Assembly: GCA_028534125.1 (NCBI GenBank)
Contig: CM052832.1
Span: 19,470,001-19,534,000, forward strand
DNA length: 64,000 bases
Source: Lama glama
Lineage: Eukaryota
Direction of reading: 5' to 3'
The notes beneath the pieces were generated by a model. That model searched no databases, was not told the origin of the DNA, and saw only the letters and a list, made by a program, of their open reading frames with translations. Of this stretch, positions 14,241-25,474 are shown piece by piece (the stretch's first letter is position 1; the number at the start of each line of letters is the position of its first letter). The translations under genes and the position numbers were made by a program.

Positions 14241-14331
14241 CATTAGATATTTGATTGTAATTTCAACATTCAGCCACACGATGTCACAATTGGATTTTGA
14301 TTTTTCACTGTGCATTTGTCTCAAATAATAG

Positions 14332-14432
14332 ATGAAGGCGTTTTCAAAGCTGGAGAGGAGAGATCTGAAACGCGGGGGGCAGCAGAAGTCCAAGAAGATG
14401 AAGATACTCAGGTTGAGATTCCAGTGGACCAG
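14332..14432 (+). CDS. DCDC2: DCDC2 internal coding exon (exon 8 equivalent, 101 nt)
   Basis: Bounded by ...aataatAG and GTagtc. Encodes (D)EGVFKAGEERSETRGAAEVQEDEDTQVEIPVDQ, recognised as DCDC2 (human DEGIFKAGAERSETRGAAEVQEDEDTQVEVPVDQ, from memory). Confidence 0.95.
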
Positions 14433-14962
14433 GTAGTCTCCAATGCCTTTGAAAATATGCGTAAACCAATGAGTGCTATTTTTCTTTCAAGTTTTGTGTG
14501 ATCTGCCCTGTGTGGTTCTTACGCAGCGTTAGTTAAGACCTCTCAGGTACTACGTGGCTCAATGACCTTTGGAAACAAAACAAAACGAAGCACCACAGTT
14601 CTTCCTAGTCTCCCTACACAGAGTAGCTGTTTGGACAGTCTTATTTATTATTATGGAAAATGATTTTTTTAAATAAACAGCATTGAAGAATGAGGTGGGT
14701 TGGAGTTAGGTATGAGATACAGAGGGAGAAAATTTGATACAAAAAGAGAGTTTGGCTTAGGGTTTTTAAAATCTAGGGAAAAAGTCCTCCATTTAGAAAA
14801 GCAGTTAAAAATGCTGTGATACTCTCTCCTTTAAGTTCCTTGAAATGGTTATGGTTGGAACTCGTCTTTCATAAAGGAATTGCTTATAAAAATGCAGCTC
14901 AAATATTTGCTAGTGTGCATTGATTTTCTTTTTAAGCCAATGGTACATTGTACTTTTAGGAG

Positions 14963-14990
14963 TGTGTGTGTGTGTGTGTGTGGTGTGTGT
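14963..14990. repeat. (GT)n microsatellite
   Basis: Seen directly; interrupted. Confidence 0.85.
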
Positions 14991-16761
14991 ACACGCATGT
15001 GCTTATATGGGGAACTAAGTAGTGTTAATTCTGGCTAAATGATACAAGAAATAAAAGACTTTTAGGATTTTTAGTACAATTCAACCAGGTTTCTCATAAT
15101 TCTAATTGGAGGGTTGGAATTTAGGTGTATGTGGTGGGGTGGAAATTCGTAATCCCAGGCTCTAGGACATAAGAAGTCACCAGGAATTGCCACTTGTCCT
15201 CTATCATGTGATATTTTCTTTTCAAAAAGCAAATCTCACAATCCAGCAAATTCCATAGTTGATCTTCTCAGTTGTACTTGTCTTAACAGTGCAGCAGTGA
15301 AATAAATTGCCATCTCATGATTTCACAGGCGTTTTCTGTAAGCATCACCTTCCTGATAAAAAGCTTCATGTGTTAAAAATCACACAGATTTCAAAAATCT
15401 AATTTATTATCCAGGATTAGCTACAACTAATAATTTTTCATTAACTCCAGTTATAGGTATTTTTTTCCCTATGGAAAAACAGAATTTTAAGTCTTTGGTG
15501 AAGCTATAATTAAATATTATATTTTAAGACAGAGAAGAGTAATCATCACGTATGTACAACACCTAATAGCTGCGGAAACCAAGACTATTTTATATTCCAA
15601 AGTCAAAATGCCAAACTATCAAGAAAAAGTCACAGCATTATTACCAGAAAAGGAGCTCTCTCTGTTAATAACTTAAGTTTTGAAATCCGTGACTGGTGTT
15701 TCTTTACTTGTGAGTTTGATGATCACCAGGAAGGGGAGCAGGCAGGGGGGATTGATCCCTGATGACCCTGAAACAGCCTTGAATAAGTGTCCGCAGAGCT
15801 TGATTTCTTGTTTGACTGAGAGTGCTAGCTTGTTAAAATATAAATACGCAAGACAGATGGCTTAAACCGATTGGTAAGTGCCGGGCAATATCAACAAATT
15901 GATGTCAGTTGGAAAAAAAGAAAAAAAAAAAACAGGTAACACAAGGTCAGAACTGCTTTCTTCTTTGACCCTATTAGTAATGGAGTCAGGATTGTCTAGC
16001 TCATGTGGTTGGCATGAGATGCTCATGAAGTCAGGTCTTTGCGTCATTCTCTCTATGGCCTGATGATCTTTTGCTCCAGATCGTCAGCAGCGATGTTATA
16101 AATATTGTGAAAAGCCAAGTGAGTGTGTGGAGAAATTAGTGTAAAGCTCCACTATGGGGAGAACACCTCTGAGGACATGCTCTAATGGTGACGTTCATTA
16201 AGCAATAGTTACTGTTTCTTTAGTACCTACTGGGTGCCTGGCACTGTACTGGGCCAGTCTTATATTATTATATTATATATTATATCTTATATAATTGTGA
16301 TGACAACCCTGTAAGTTAGGTCTTATCACCCCCACTTTATATATAGAAATAAAGTGAGCTCTAGTAGGTGAAATTACTTGCCTAGGATTGTACCATTAAG
16401 TAGAGGAATTGGGGTTTGAATGCAGGTCTAACTTCTGGAGGAAGAGTATTAAATGCCTTCCTCCCCACAAAAAGCCAATTATTAACCCAAGGAAGGGAAA
16501 GATTCCTGCGTAAGGAAGGAAATGTCGTCATATACTCCTCGGTTCAGCTCTAAATGATACCTGTATTTCCCTTCGGGCCATACCTAGCTAACCTCTCTGG
16601 ACTTGTTTTCCGTCATCCAGAAGGTTCATGATACAACTTTAGTCAAAGGAACATGAAGAAGGGGGTGTGTTTGTGTATAAATATCATGTGCAAATTGGCC
16701 AAGTAATTTATCTGTGCCTGAAAAGCAGATCAAGTTTTAGAAGTCAGTATTAAGGCCTCTC

Positions 16762-17595
16762 TGTTGAGAGGCAATTCTCCAGGAATCTCTTGTGTTTCTG
16801 CATACTTTGTGAGTAGAGGCACAGATTGCCTTTGTTCTCAGCTATTTTTTCAAGGATGTTTGTAGAGTGAACAGCCTTGAAAGGCAGAGATAGTGACTTC
16901 CTCTGGAACAGTCATTCTCAGCTGGAGGCGATTTGCCTCCAAGGGGATAATCGACAACTTCTGGGGCCATTTTTGACTCTTATCAATGAGGAAACACTTC
17001 AGGCATCTAGTGGGTAGTGGCCAAGGAATCTGCTAAATGTTATGATGCACATGACTGAACTCACAACAAAAAATGATCCAGCCCACAATGTCCATAGTGC
17101 TGACTCTGAGATATCCTGGCGTGGGACAAGGGCTGGGTTTGTTTATTGTCCAGTGTAATGATGTCTTCTTATGGTGCAGACGTTATGGAGGTCAGGCGGG
17201 TTAATGTCCCATGTTAAAAGATGTGATGCCATTGAATTGCATACTTTATAAACTGGTTAAAATAGTCAGTTTTATGTTATGTTTATTTTATCACAATAAA
17301 ATTATTTGGAAAAAAAGATTTGGGTTCCCTAAGCTTGGGGTCCTTCCCCTGTACGAGAAGAATGCCACTGTGTGTATCACCTAGCCCCTTTCATGTTACC
17401 TTGTGGGAGGAGGGCCTGGGGGGAGTGGGTGGACATGCTGCTACTCTGGCTACTGCTATTGCTGTGAGCAGTAAAGTCCTTTGTCTCTGACCCAGCAGTC
17501 TCTTGTCTTCTGCTAGCATCCATGAAACAATAGCAAGCTAATGCCTTAGTTTGTTAAGTATGGTAAAATTTCAGGTCTTCCATAGTCTTTCATAG
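16762..17595 (+). mobile_element. ERVL-type solo LTR (MER21/MER77-like) with nested insertions
   Basis: tgagaggcaattctcc...caaggatgtttgta...agtaaagtcctttgtctctgaccca LTR motifs. Family assigned from memory. Confidence 0.7.
16909..17118 (+). mobile_element. MER20 (hAT-Charlie)
   Basis: CAGT..ttctca termini; ggcatctagtgggtag..gccaagga and cccacaatgtccatagtgctga..tgaga..cctg. Confidence 0.8.
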
Positions 17596-18429
17596 CCTCT
17601 GCTGGTCCCATCTGGCATTGTGTTTGTGTCTTTAAGCATATGTAATGGGGCACTGTGGACTAATTTCAACCAAAACATGTTTAAGCTCTGTCCCAAAGTC
17701 TAGACTCTTAATTATTTACAGATAAGTTAATGATCCTGGATCTACTGCTACTTCCAAACCCATGGGAAACTGAAGAATGTCACATTCTTTTATGAATTTG
17801 GGGAGACCAGAACAAATATCTTTTCTCAGGGGAGGGTTTAGGTCTCATATGAATAAGGTACTCTTTAAAAAATTTTTTTTTTTTGGCATGCATGTTTCAA
17901 ATCAATCTGGTTTCCTACAGGCAGTAGAGCAAGTGCCTGATTAACCAAATAATCTGTGGCAATTCCTTGGTGCCGATTACTTATGTGTCAATAAGCTCCA
18001 TCTATAAACTGATGTTTTTCCAAGCTAAGGAGGCAAGAAACGAGTTAAATAAACTGCCTTTAGTAAATAAGGCTCAGGCAGGAGAATCCACCATCTCAGA
18101 AACACAGACAAATAAATACCTATAAAATAGGCAAAGAAGCAATTATAGTTTGGATTTTGTTCCATCCGAGGGAAGAGAGCAGAAGCTGCAGATCATAACT
18201 CTAGAGTGGTTTTCGATTGTTTAATAGCTTTTTCCATCCATTTGTAGTTGATTCTGAGTGGTAATAAAATGAGAATTGCAAGATGTTTTTGTGCAAAGTA
18301 GTTTCATAAAATAGCATTTAAGCTAGCATCATGAACACAGGAGCAGTGAAAGCTTTTTTTTTTTTAATTGGAGGTTGTGATACATACTATTTTCTTATTT
18401 ATTTATTTAAAACTTAATAAACCCTTAAC

Positions 18430-20650
18430 AACAAAGTTATACTATACTATTTTTAAAAGTCAACCAGTTCAGCAAAAACTATAACAAAATTAGCAGCCAC
18501 CTGCCCCAGTCTTCCTCACTTGGATTTCTGCTCTATAGACATAACCAACTTGAACTATTAGCTCTTTCTCACAGAATACATGCTATATTCCTAAACCATA
18601 TATTCTTGCTTCCACGCCATTTCAATACCTCTGAGATCTTTGAGTCTTACAAGTATCATAGTTTAATTGGCATTTTTCTTATTCTAAGAGGTATATAGAA
18701 TAATGGAGATCCCTTTAATTGGTGACATCTGAAATTTGATAACTTTCTTGATTTTATTTTTCAAATCTAGATATTATTTATTAATTTTATCTCTAATGAT
18801 GATTATTTAGATCTCTTAACCAACCCCTGCCTCTCTTCTCCCTTCCAAATCAGGCCCCATTCACAGAAACATATACAGTCATATCTTTCTCCTTGTTTCT
18901 TTACACTACAATTTTGTAATAATTTTTGGCTAAATCAATATTCAATCTGCACATTATTTTCACTATGGCAGTATTATTCTTAGCTGAGCCATATAATATA
19001 CTCTGGTTACATTTCCTTTCTCATGTAATATTTTTTTCTTCCTCCCTAATCTTAGTAATTGCCTATTTTCTAAGTTTTCATTTGATTAGTTTTCTAATTT
19101 GTGTAGTTATTACCAAACTCTGCCAGAATCATTGATCTCATCTTGATGTACTCAAAAGTGCACAGTGATCATGAAATCTCATTTTCACCTTTTTCTCCAG
19201 CCCTTCAGTTATCTGCATCAGAAAAATAAAATTTACTTATTCTGGTTAGTTGTTCTTTGGATTTACTTTTCAGAATTCTCCTGGTATTTTTTTGTCACCA
19301 TTATTTTGGGAATTTCCTTTGCTTCTCCATTGGATGGGTTCCCTATTTCTTGGATTCTAGACCTTCCTTTTTCTTAATTATACCATTATTTATTTATTTT
19401 TTTGTGGGGCTCACCTCTAGTAGCCTCCTGGGAAAAGCTTCATGGGAGGCACTTATATTTTTTTGATTCTCTGCACGTCTGAAAATGTCTTTTATTTTCC
19501 CCTCCTACTCAAACTTGACTGTAATGATGGCTAGGTATAAAATTCTAGGTTAGAAGTGATTTCTCTCAGAATTTTGAGAGCATTCCTCAATTGTTCTTCC
19601 CAACCAGAATGGCAGCGGAGAAGTCTGATGACATTCTGTTTCCTAAGCTTGGGGTGCTTGTCTTTTTCCCCTGTGTTCTGCAAATTTCTAATTATAAGCC
19701 TTAGTACAGGTCTTTTTACTTATTGTTCTGGGTACTGAATGTAGTTCGTATTGATCTCTGTCTTCATACTAGAGGCTGTGGTTAGATTTGTTTTTAATTG
19801 AAATCTATTTGACATATAACATTGTATAAATTTAAGGTGTATGTGTGGTTAGATTTTAGAGCAAAGCATTAGAACTCTGTGCATAGACAGGGCTCATCAG
19901 CTTGGGGGAGTTCCACTGTAGAGTGATTGTTTTAGCCATTTCATCGACAGACCTCCAGTTTTCAGCGATGTGTGTTGTTCTTTTGCATTGGTCTGTTTCT
20001 TTTGAGTGGAATCTTTCAATCTCTTGCCTTGTGGGGTAGGCCTGGCTGTGAATATTTTGGGATCTGACTGTGGGAATGGGGCTTAGGAACCTTAAGTAAA
20101 AGACTTTGAGAGATTTATTCTTCTGGGTTTCAGTGTGGTGTCCTTGTTCTCACTGTGCTTGAGTCCAGCTTCTTTGTAGTTCAACATCCTTAAAAAATAA
20201 ACCTCCTTTATTTCTCTAGAGTAGCATGAGATCTTGAGAGTCTACCTCCTTCTTTTAAAGACTCTAGATCAATCCACCCATTTTTAGTTACACCTATGCC
20301 CCTTCTTCCAGAGACAGATGGTACCTCTAATTCCTGAGTCTTCTATAGGTTGTTTTTTGTTTGTTTGTTTTTTATTTATTTATTTTTTAACATGTGAAGG
20401 TTTGCTTCTTGGCTTCCCCTCTCTACAGTCTCAAATTTCAGCTTCCTCATTTCTCTTGTTACTGGCCCCACATCCACTGGCTTTACAGTTTCCAAAATTT
20501 CGTGGCTGTTATTTCCTTTTCAGGCTTCTGTGTCCTTCTGAGTTCATCCCTTTTTAAACTGTTCTTACCTAGAATGTAGAAGGGGATCAGAGAGGACCTA
20601 AGGAAAAAAAAATCCACACATTTGTTCAATCTGCTGTGTTTAACCAGAAA
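18430..20650 (-). mobile_element. Degraded ancient L1 (L1ME-like)
   Basis: T-rich, with tctgaaaatgtctttatttt..ggtataaaattctaggtt and gagaagtctgatg motifs. Boundaries approximate. Confidence 0.55.
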
Positions 20651-20707
20651 TCACTGTTTCACACTAATTCATCACAGTGAAAATACACTGTCTTCATAGA
20701 ATCTGCA

Positions 20708-20915
20708 CTAGGCATGACAAACTGGCAGCCTGTGACCAAATCTCCGAGGAGAGACTCTTTCTGACTGGCATGGGGATTACAATATCTGAATCTCTTCATT
20801 CGACCATGTACACTTCTGTTTACCACAGGCTGCAGCATTCCCTATTATTTGACATTTGTCCTGAATTACACATTTATGTTATTTGCCCAGACCCTGGGGG
20901 CATTTGAGTTTGTGA
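20708..20915. mobile_element. MER102-like hAT fragment
   Basis: caaactggcagcctgtgaccaaatc ... ggcatttgagtttgtga termini. Confidence 0.55.
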
Positions 20916-23834
20916 TGATTGATGTACACATATAGAACATAATGCTATTTTAAAGCATCTGCAGCCTAGAGGCTTCAACCAGAAAGAGGTTTGAAATACA
21001 AATATGCTTGTTGACATTGTTCTGTCACTCCTGGAGAATCAGCAGTTAATTACAACTTCTCTGATGAAAGGCCAGCTCAATGCGGGGATTGTTTGTATTC
21101 CTTTTTCATATGCAGTAAATTACACAGAAAGATAAAGAAGGCTGCTTTTCTGACCAGACCCCTAAATCTGTTTCAGTGAAATGCATTTATTAAAACAAGA
21201 ATTATAAAATGTTTAGAAGCAGAAGGGAAGCCAGTCTAAGCTCCTTACTTTGCCATTGAAAATCCAAAGTGGGGAGAGCCATTTTCGCACAAAGACGCCT
21301 CCTGCTGGTGGAGGCCTCTAAACCAGCACCCAGGCTCCTGGCTTCCAGTTTGATGCGTTCTCTGAATACCTTAAGGAAGGGAAGCGGGGAGGAATAGGAA
21401 CTTCTAAGCATCTCACAAACAAAAACATTCCATCTGTATAGAGGGCTCCTTGGCCTCCATTGCCTTTCCTAAAATGAAAGGGAATTATGTGCAAATAGTA
21501 TTTTCACCACTCTCTGCTTTAAAGTCATATCCTCTTGGTGAATCCTATTCGAATAATGTTTGGTGCTATAAGCATCACACACAGCTGGAAGACTTCACTT
21601 CCCTGTGCATCATTGACAAGGGTTTTGTGACATCACCTTGGTAGATTTGTGTTTAATTGATATGAATGGTGTTAAACATGAAAATGTAGCCTTCAGGGAT
21701 TTCTGATGTAAGTGAAAAAAAATCCACATTTATTTTTTTCCTATTTATTTATTTATTTACATGTTTAAAAAAGTCACATTTACTTCTAAAGTGAGAAAAC
21801 TTAACAGGGAGGTTTTTTTCCTAGCGTTGACTATATCTTAACATGTTTTTGGTATATTATGTCTCATCCTAGGAGTGCTGTGGGCACTTGTGGAGTGTAA
21901 TGGACCCAGGTGAGCCTGCATCCAGCAGGTGGCCGGCCCAAGCTTCACCCTCCTTGTGTCCTTACAGGGTCATGTCTGTGCATAGAGACACCCTTTTTGT
22001 AGGTCATTGTACTTCAAATTACATCTAAGCCATTTTTCGCCCCTCTGTGAAAGTAAGCCTCTGAAAGCTGAAAATAGGCAGTGGTACTTTGCTGTCATGA
22101 AAAATTGAAACTGATTATTTCAAAACACCTCATTCAGCTCGGGTAGGAGATGATTTTAGTCTCCATGGGAACAGAAATACAAACAAGTGGGCAACTTCTG
22201 TACTCTCACCATCTCTGCCTGAATTCTGCCATCAAATCCACCGAAACACCCCACACCCAAAGCCTGTAACAGATCCTCACTCCCAAACGTCCATGGTAGT
22301 GAACGTTACATGGCTACGTGGACATCTAAGGTGGTGTTTTCGTCGGGGTGCAGGTTGCATTCTGAGCTCCAGCTTCTAGGTCTCGGGTACTTCAGGGAGG
22401 GGCGCCTGATGTGTAAGAATGGGGAGAACAGTTGGGTGGTTAGTAGGCTTTCTTGACTAGAAACTTCTAACTTGTGCTGTTGTCTCAGAGAGCAAGGGTT
22501 CAAATATATTCCTCAGGGGATGCTGATATAAATATAAGAAAGATCAACATTTACTTCTAAAGTGGGTGGGATATCAGCTGCAGTCTCTGTTTAGATGCCT
22601 TTCCCATTTCTAATTTTTGGTACCACTGTTACTGTCAAAGGTGTGATGTGAGTTTAAAGTGTAAGTCATTTGAGCAGTCCCATCTGTCTGTGAAAATACC
22701 TTCCGAGTAATTGATGCTTCTGATATTTTGTGGCTTATTTCCATATGATTTCCATATTCCATCTTCTTTCCTTTTACCACTCAGGAATCCCGAATTAACC
22801 TTTGTAACCGCATGCATATTCTCTAGAAAACCTGAATACGTAAGGTTTCCCCTGAGCCTTCACCGCTAGGATGCAGCCAGCAATAATAACTACCAGACCT
22901 TTTCTGTCTTGCCATACAAATCAACCATTTCTCAGGATGCCCCTTACAAAATAAACAGTAAGATATGCATGTAGGCAAATGCCGGCAAAAGGACACTTGG
23001 AACAGCAACGCTGGGGTCATGTCAAGGAGAAAATCTAGTGCAAGTTTTCTAATAACAATATTAAGAGCAATTGCTTGTGATAAGTCTTGTGCTTTTTAAA
23101 AGGTAAAAGTCTCAACTTATGGAAATGTCTATATTTAAGGGAATGTATTATCTGTAATTGTACATGTATGTGTAATATGTCTGTTAATCTAGCTGCACTC
23201 TGAAGTTCTTGATTTCAGTGAGGCCGTGAGACTGGAATCATCTAAAGGACTTGTGCGATCCTTACGTACATCAGTTTAGCGTGTGTACAGAACAGAGGTA
23301 TAATGAGTACCCTTTCTTGACTCCAGTGAAATGTAAGAATTGGCTTTATATAGAGTACAGTATTCACAATTACTCATAGCTGTGAGCTAGGCCCGAAAGT
23401 TCAGGATGGAGAAACAGTATGTACCTGAAAACTGGTTCTCTTAAAATTTTAGTCACACATTGACTAAAACTTGACATAAATGTCAGGAGAGAAGACCTTT
23501 AAGGATAGGTAAAAATATCTTTCTATTTTATTGCCTTGGCAATGACGTGTTTCTTTTTTCATGACTCTTAGGAAAGAGTGGCAGGGTGATGTAATTAGAA
23601 TAAGTCTTGCAGAACTTTCTTACTGCTAAACATCATTCTGTCAACAGTCAGTCCTGTTTTCTCCCAGTTTTAAATAAAATGGGTATTTTTAAAGTTAGAA
23701 ATATGACCTTCATCGAGAGAGGCATTATTTCAAGGCATTATTGCAATTAGAGATTTCAACTAAAAACATCCTTTTAGATTGGTGGTGATCTTATGACCAT
23801 GATGTGTCATATGTGGTTTGGAGCCTTATGAAAT

Positions 23835-23950
23835 GTCGCCTGGGGGCTGGTAGTATCAGCAGCACCTGAGCTGTTAGAAACGCAGAGGCTCAGGACTGCT
23901 GACTTGGAATCTGCATTTAACATGATGGCCAGGGAGGGAGAAGCACTGGC
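23835..23950. mobile_element. MER5-like hAT fragment
   Basis: atcagcagcacctgagctgttagaaacgcaga..ggaatctgcatttaaca. Confidence 0.65.
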
Positions 23951-24490
23951 TTAGAAGACACTAGGCTGGAAGTAACTAGTAACTCATCATGATGAGTTTG
24001 GGGTACTGCTCTGTACGTTGGCTTCGGGAGACAGTACAGTACTGTGGTCATAAAAGATTTCATATCCCTCTGTCACTATCGGTGGTGTTTTGGGCAAGTT
24101 TAACTAACTGTTTATGCTTCAGTTTATTTACCTGCAAATTGGGATGATAATAGTATTTTCCTCAAATGATGGTGAGGTTAGTTTAAATGTGATTATGTAT
24201 ACGAGGTGCACAGAGTACCAGGTACCTGGAGATAGTGCCCAATAGACATGAGCCTTGTCACCATCACCTGTCCTTTCCTGAAGGCACATTTGGTGCTGAC
24301 TTTTTCCTGGGGAGGCATATTTGTGTTTAATTCAAGACAGTAAATATGCAATACTGTGGGAAATGTGGTGATGGACAGAAGGTGAGTGTAAGAAAGAGCC
24401 CTTGCTTCTAGAAGCTTCCAGAAGGCCTGTGTTCCAACAGTCATTCCGAACATCCTTTGAGGCATCTACTCGAGAGCAATTCATGCTGCT

Positions 24491-24612
24491 CTTCCCTTCC
24501 CTTCCCTTCCCTTCCCTTTCCTTTCCTTTTCTTTCATGGAGGTGCTGGGGACTGAACCCGGGACCTCACGCACGCTAAGCATGCACTCCACCACTGAGCT
24601 GTACCCATCCCC
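24491..24612 (-). mobile_element. tRNA-derived SINE (vic-1-like)
   Basis: ggaggtgctggggactgaacccgggacctcacgcacgctaagcatgcactccaccactgagct; (CTTCC)n tail. Confidence 0.85.
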
Positions 24613-25111
24613 GCCATGTTCACTACTTTCATATGGCACATAGATGGAGAGTAACAGCACACAGTGATTAGAGTGTGGCAGGCATTCTGGGGGGTGGGGT
24701 GCAGATAAGGAGTGACAGCTCCCCGAGGGAGCCAGGAAGGCTTGGTGTGTCTCACGAAAGGAAGGAAGAACCTTCTGGATAAAGGGAGAAGGAGCAGTGA
24801 CTAATAGACAGTGCTGGGGGTGCAGCCAGGGCTCTCCTCAGCTTCTTCCACAGAGGATGGTCCCTTCCCCGACCCCTCCCCACCTAATACTTGTGTCTGG
24901 GAAGGACTGGTTTCTGCTTTCCCACTCTCCACATCTCTCCAGCCCTCTTCCCCTTGTGAGGAAGCCCACTTCCCTAGCTTGTGGTCAGGGGCTTTTAAAG
25001 GAAATAGAGTGAAGGGGATAAAGAGGGAGAGAGAGGAAAGAATATAAATAAGAACATGAATTGGGGGGGGGGTGGGGAGGAGAAGGGAGGGAGGAAGGAA
25101 ATACTTGGTGA

Positions 25112-25474
25112 GTGTATCAGTCTGCACAGCTGCCCTAAAAAAGGATCACAGACTGGGTGGCTTAAACTATAGACATTTACTTTCTACCAGTCCTGAGGCT
25201 GGAAGTCTGAGATCCAGATGTCGGCAGAGCTGGTTTCTTTTGACATCTCTCTGTTTAGCTAGTAGCTGACTGAATTCTCCCCATGTCATCACATAGTCTT
25301 TGCTCTGTACATCTCAGCATCTTAATCTCTTCATAGAAGGATGTCATATTGGATTAGGGCCCACCCTAAAGACCTCATTTTTAACTTAATTACCTCTTAC
25401 AGTCACATTCTGAACTACTAGGAATTAGGAATTTAACATATAAATTTTGAGGGGACATAATCCAGCCTGAAACA
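25112..25474. mobile_element. MLT1 (MaLR) LTR
   Basis: cacagactgggtggcttaaac..gaggctggaagtctgagatc..ggattagggcccaccct..aattttgaggggacataat. Confidence 0.85.
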
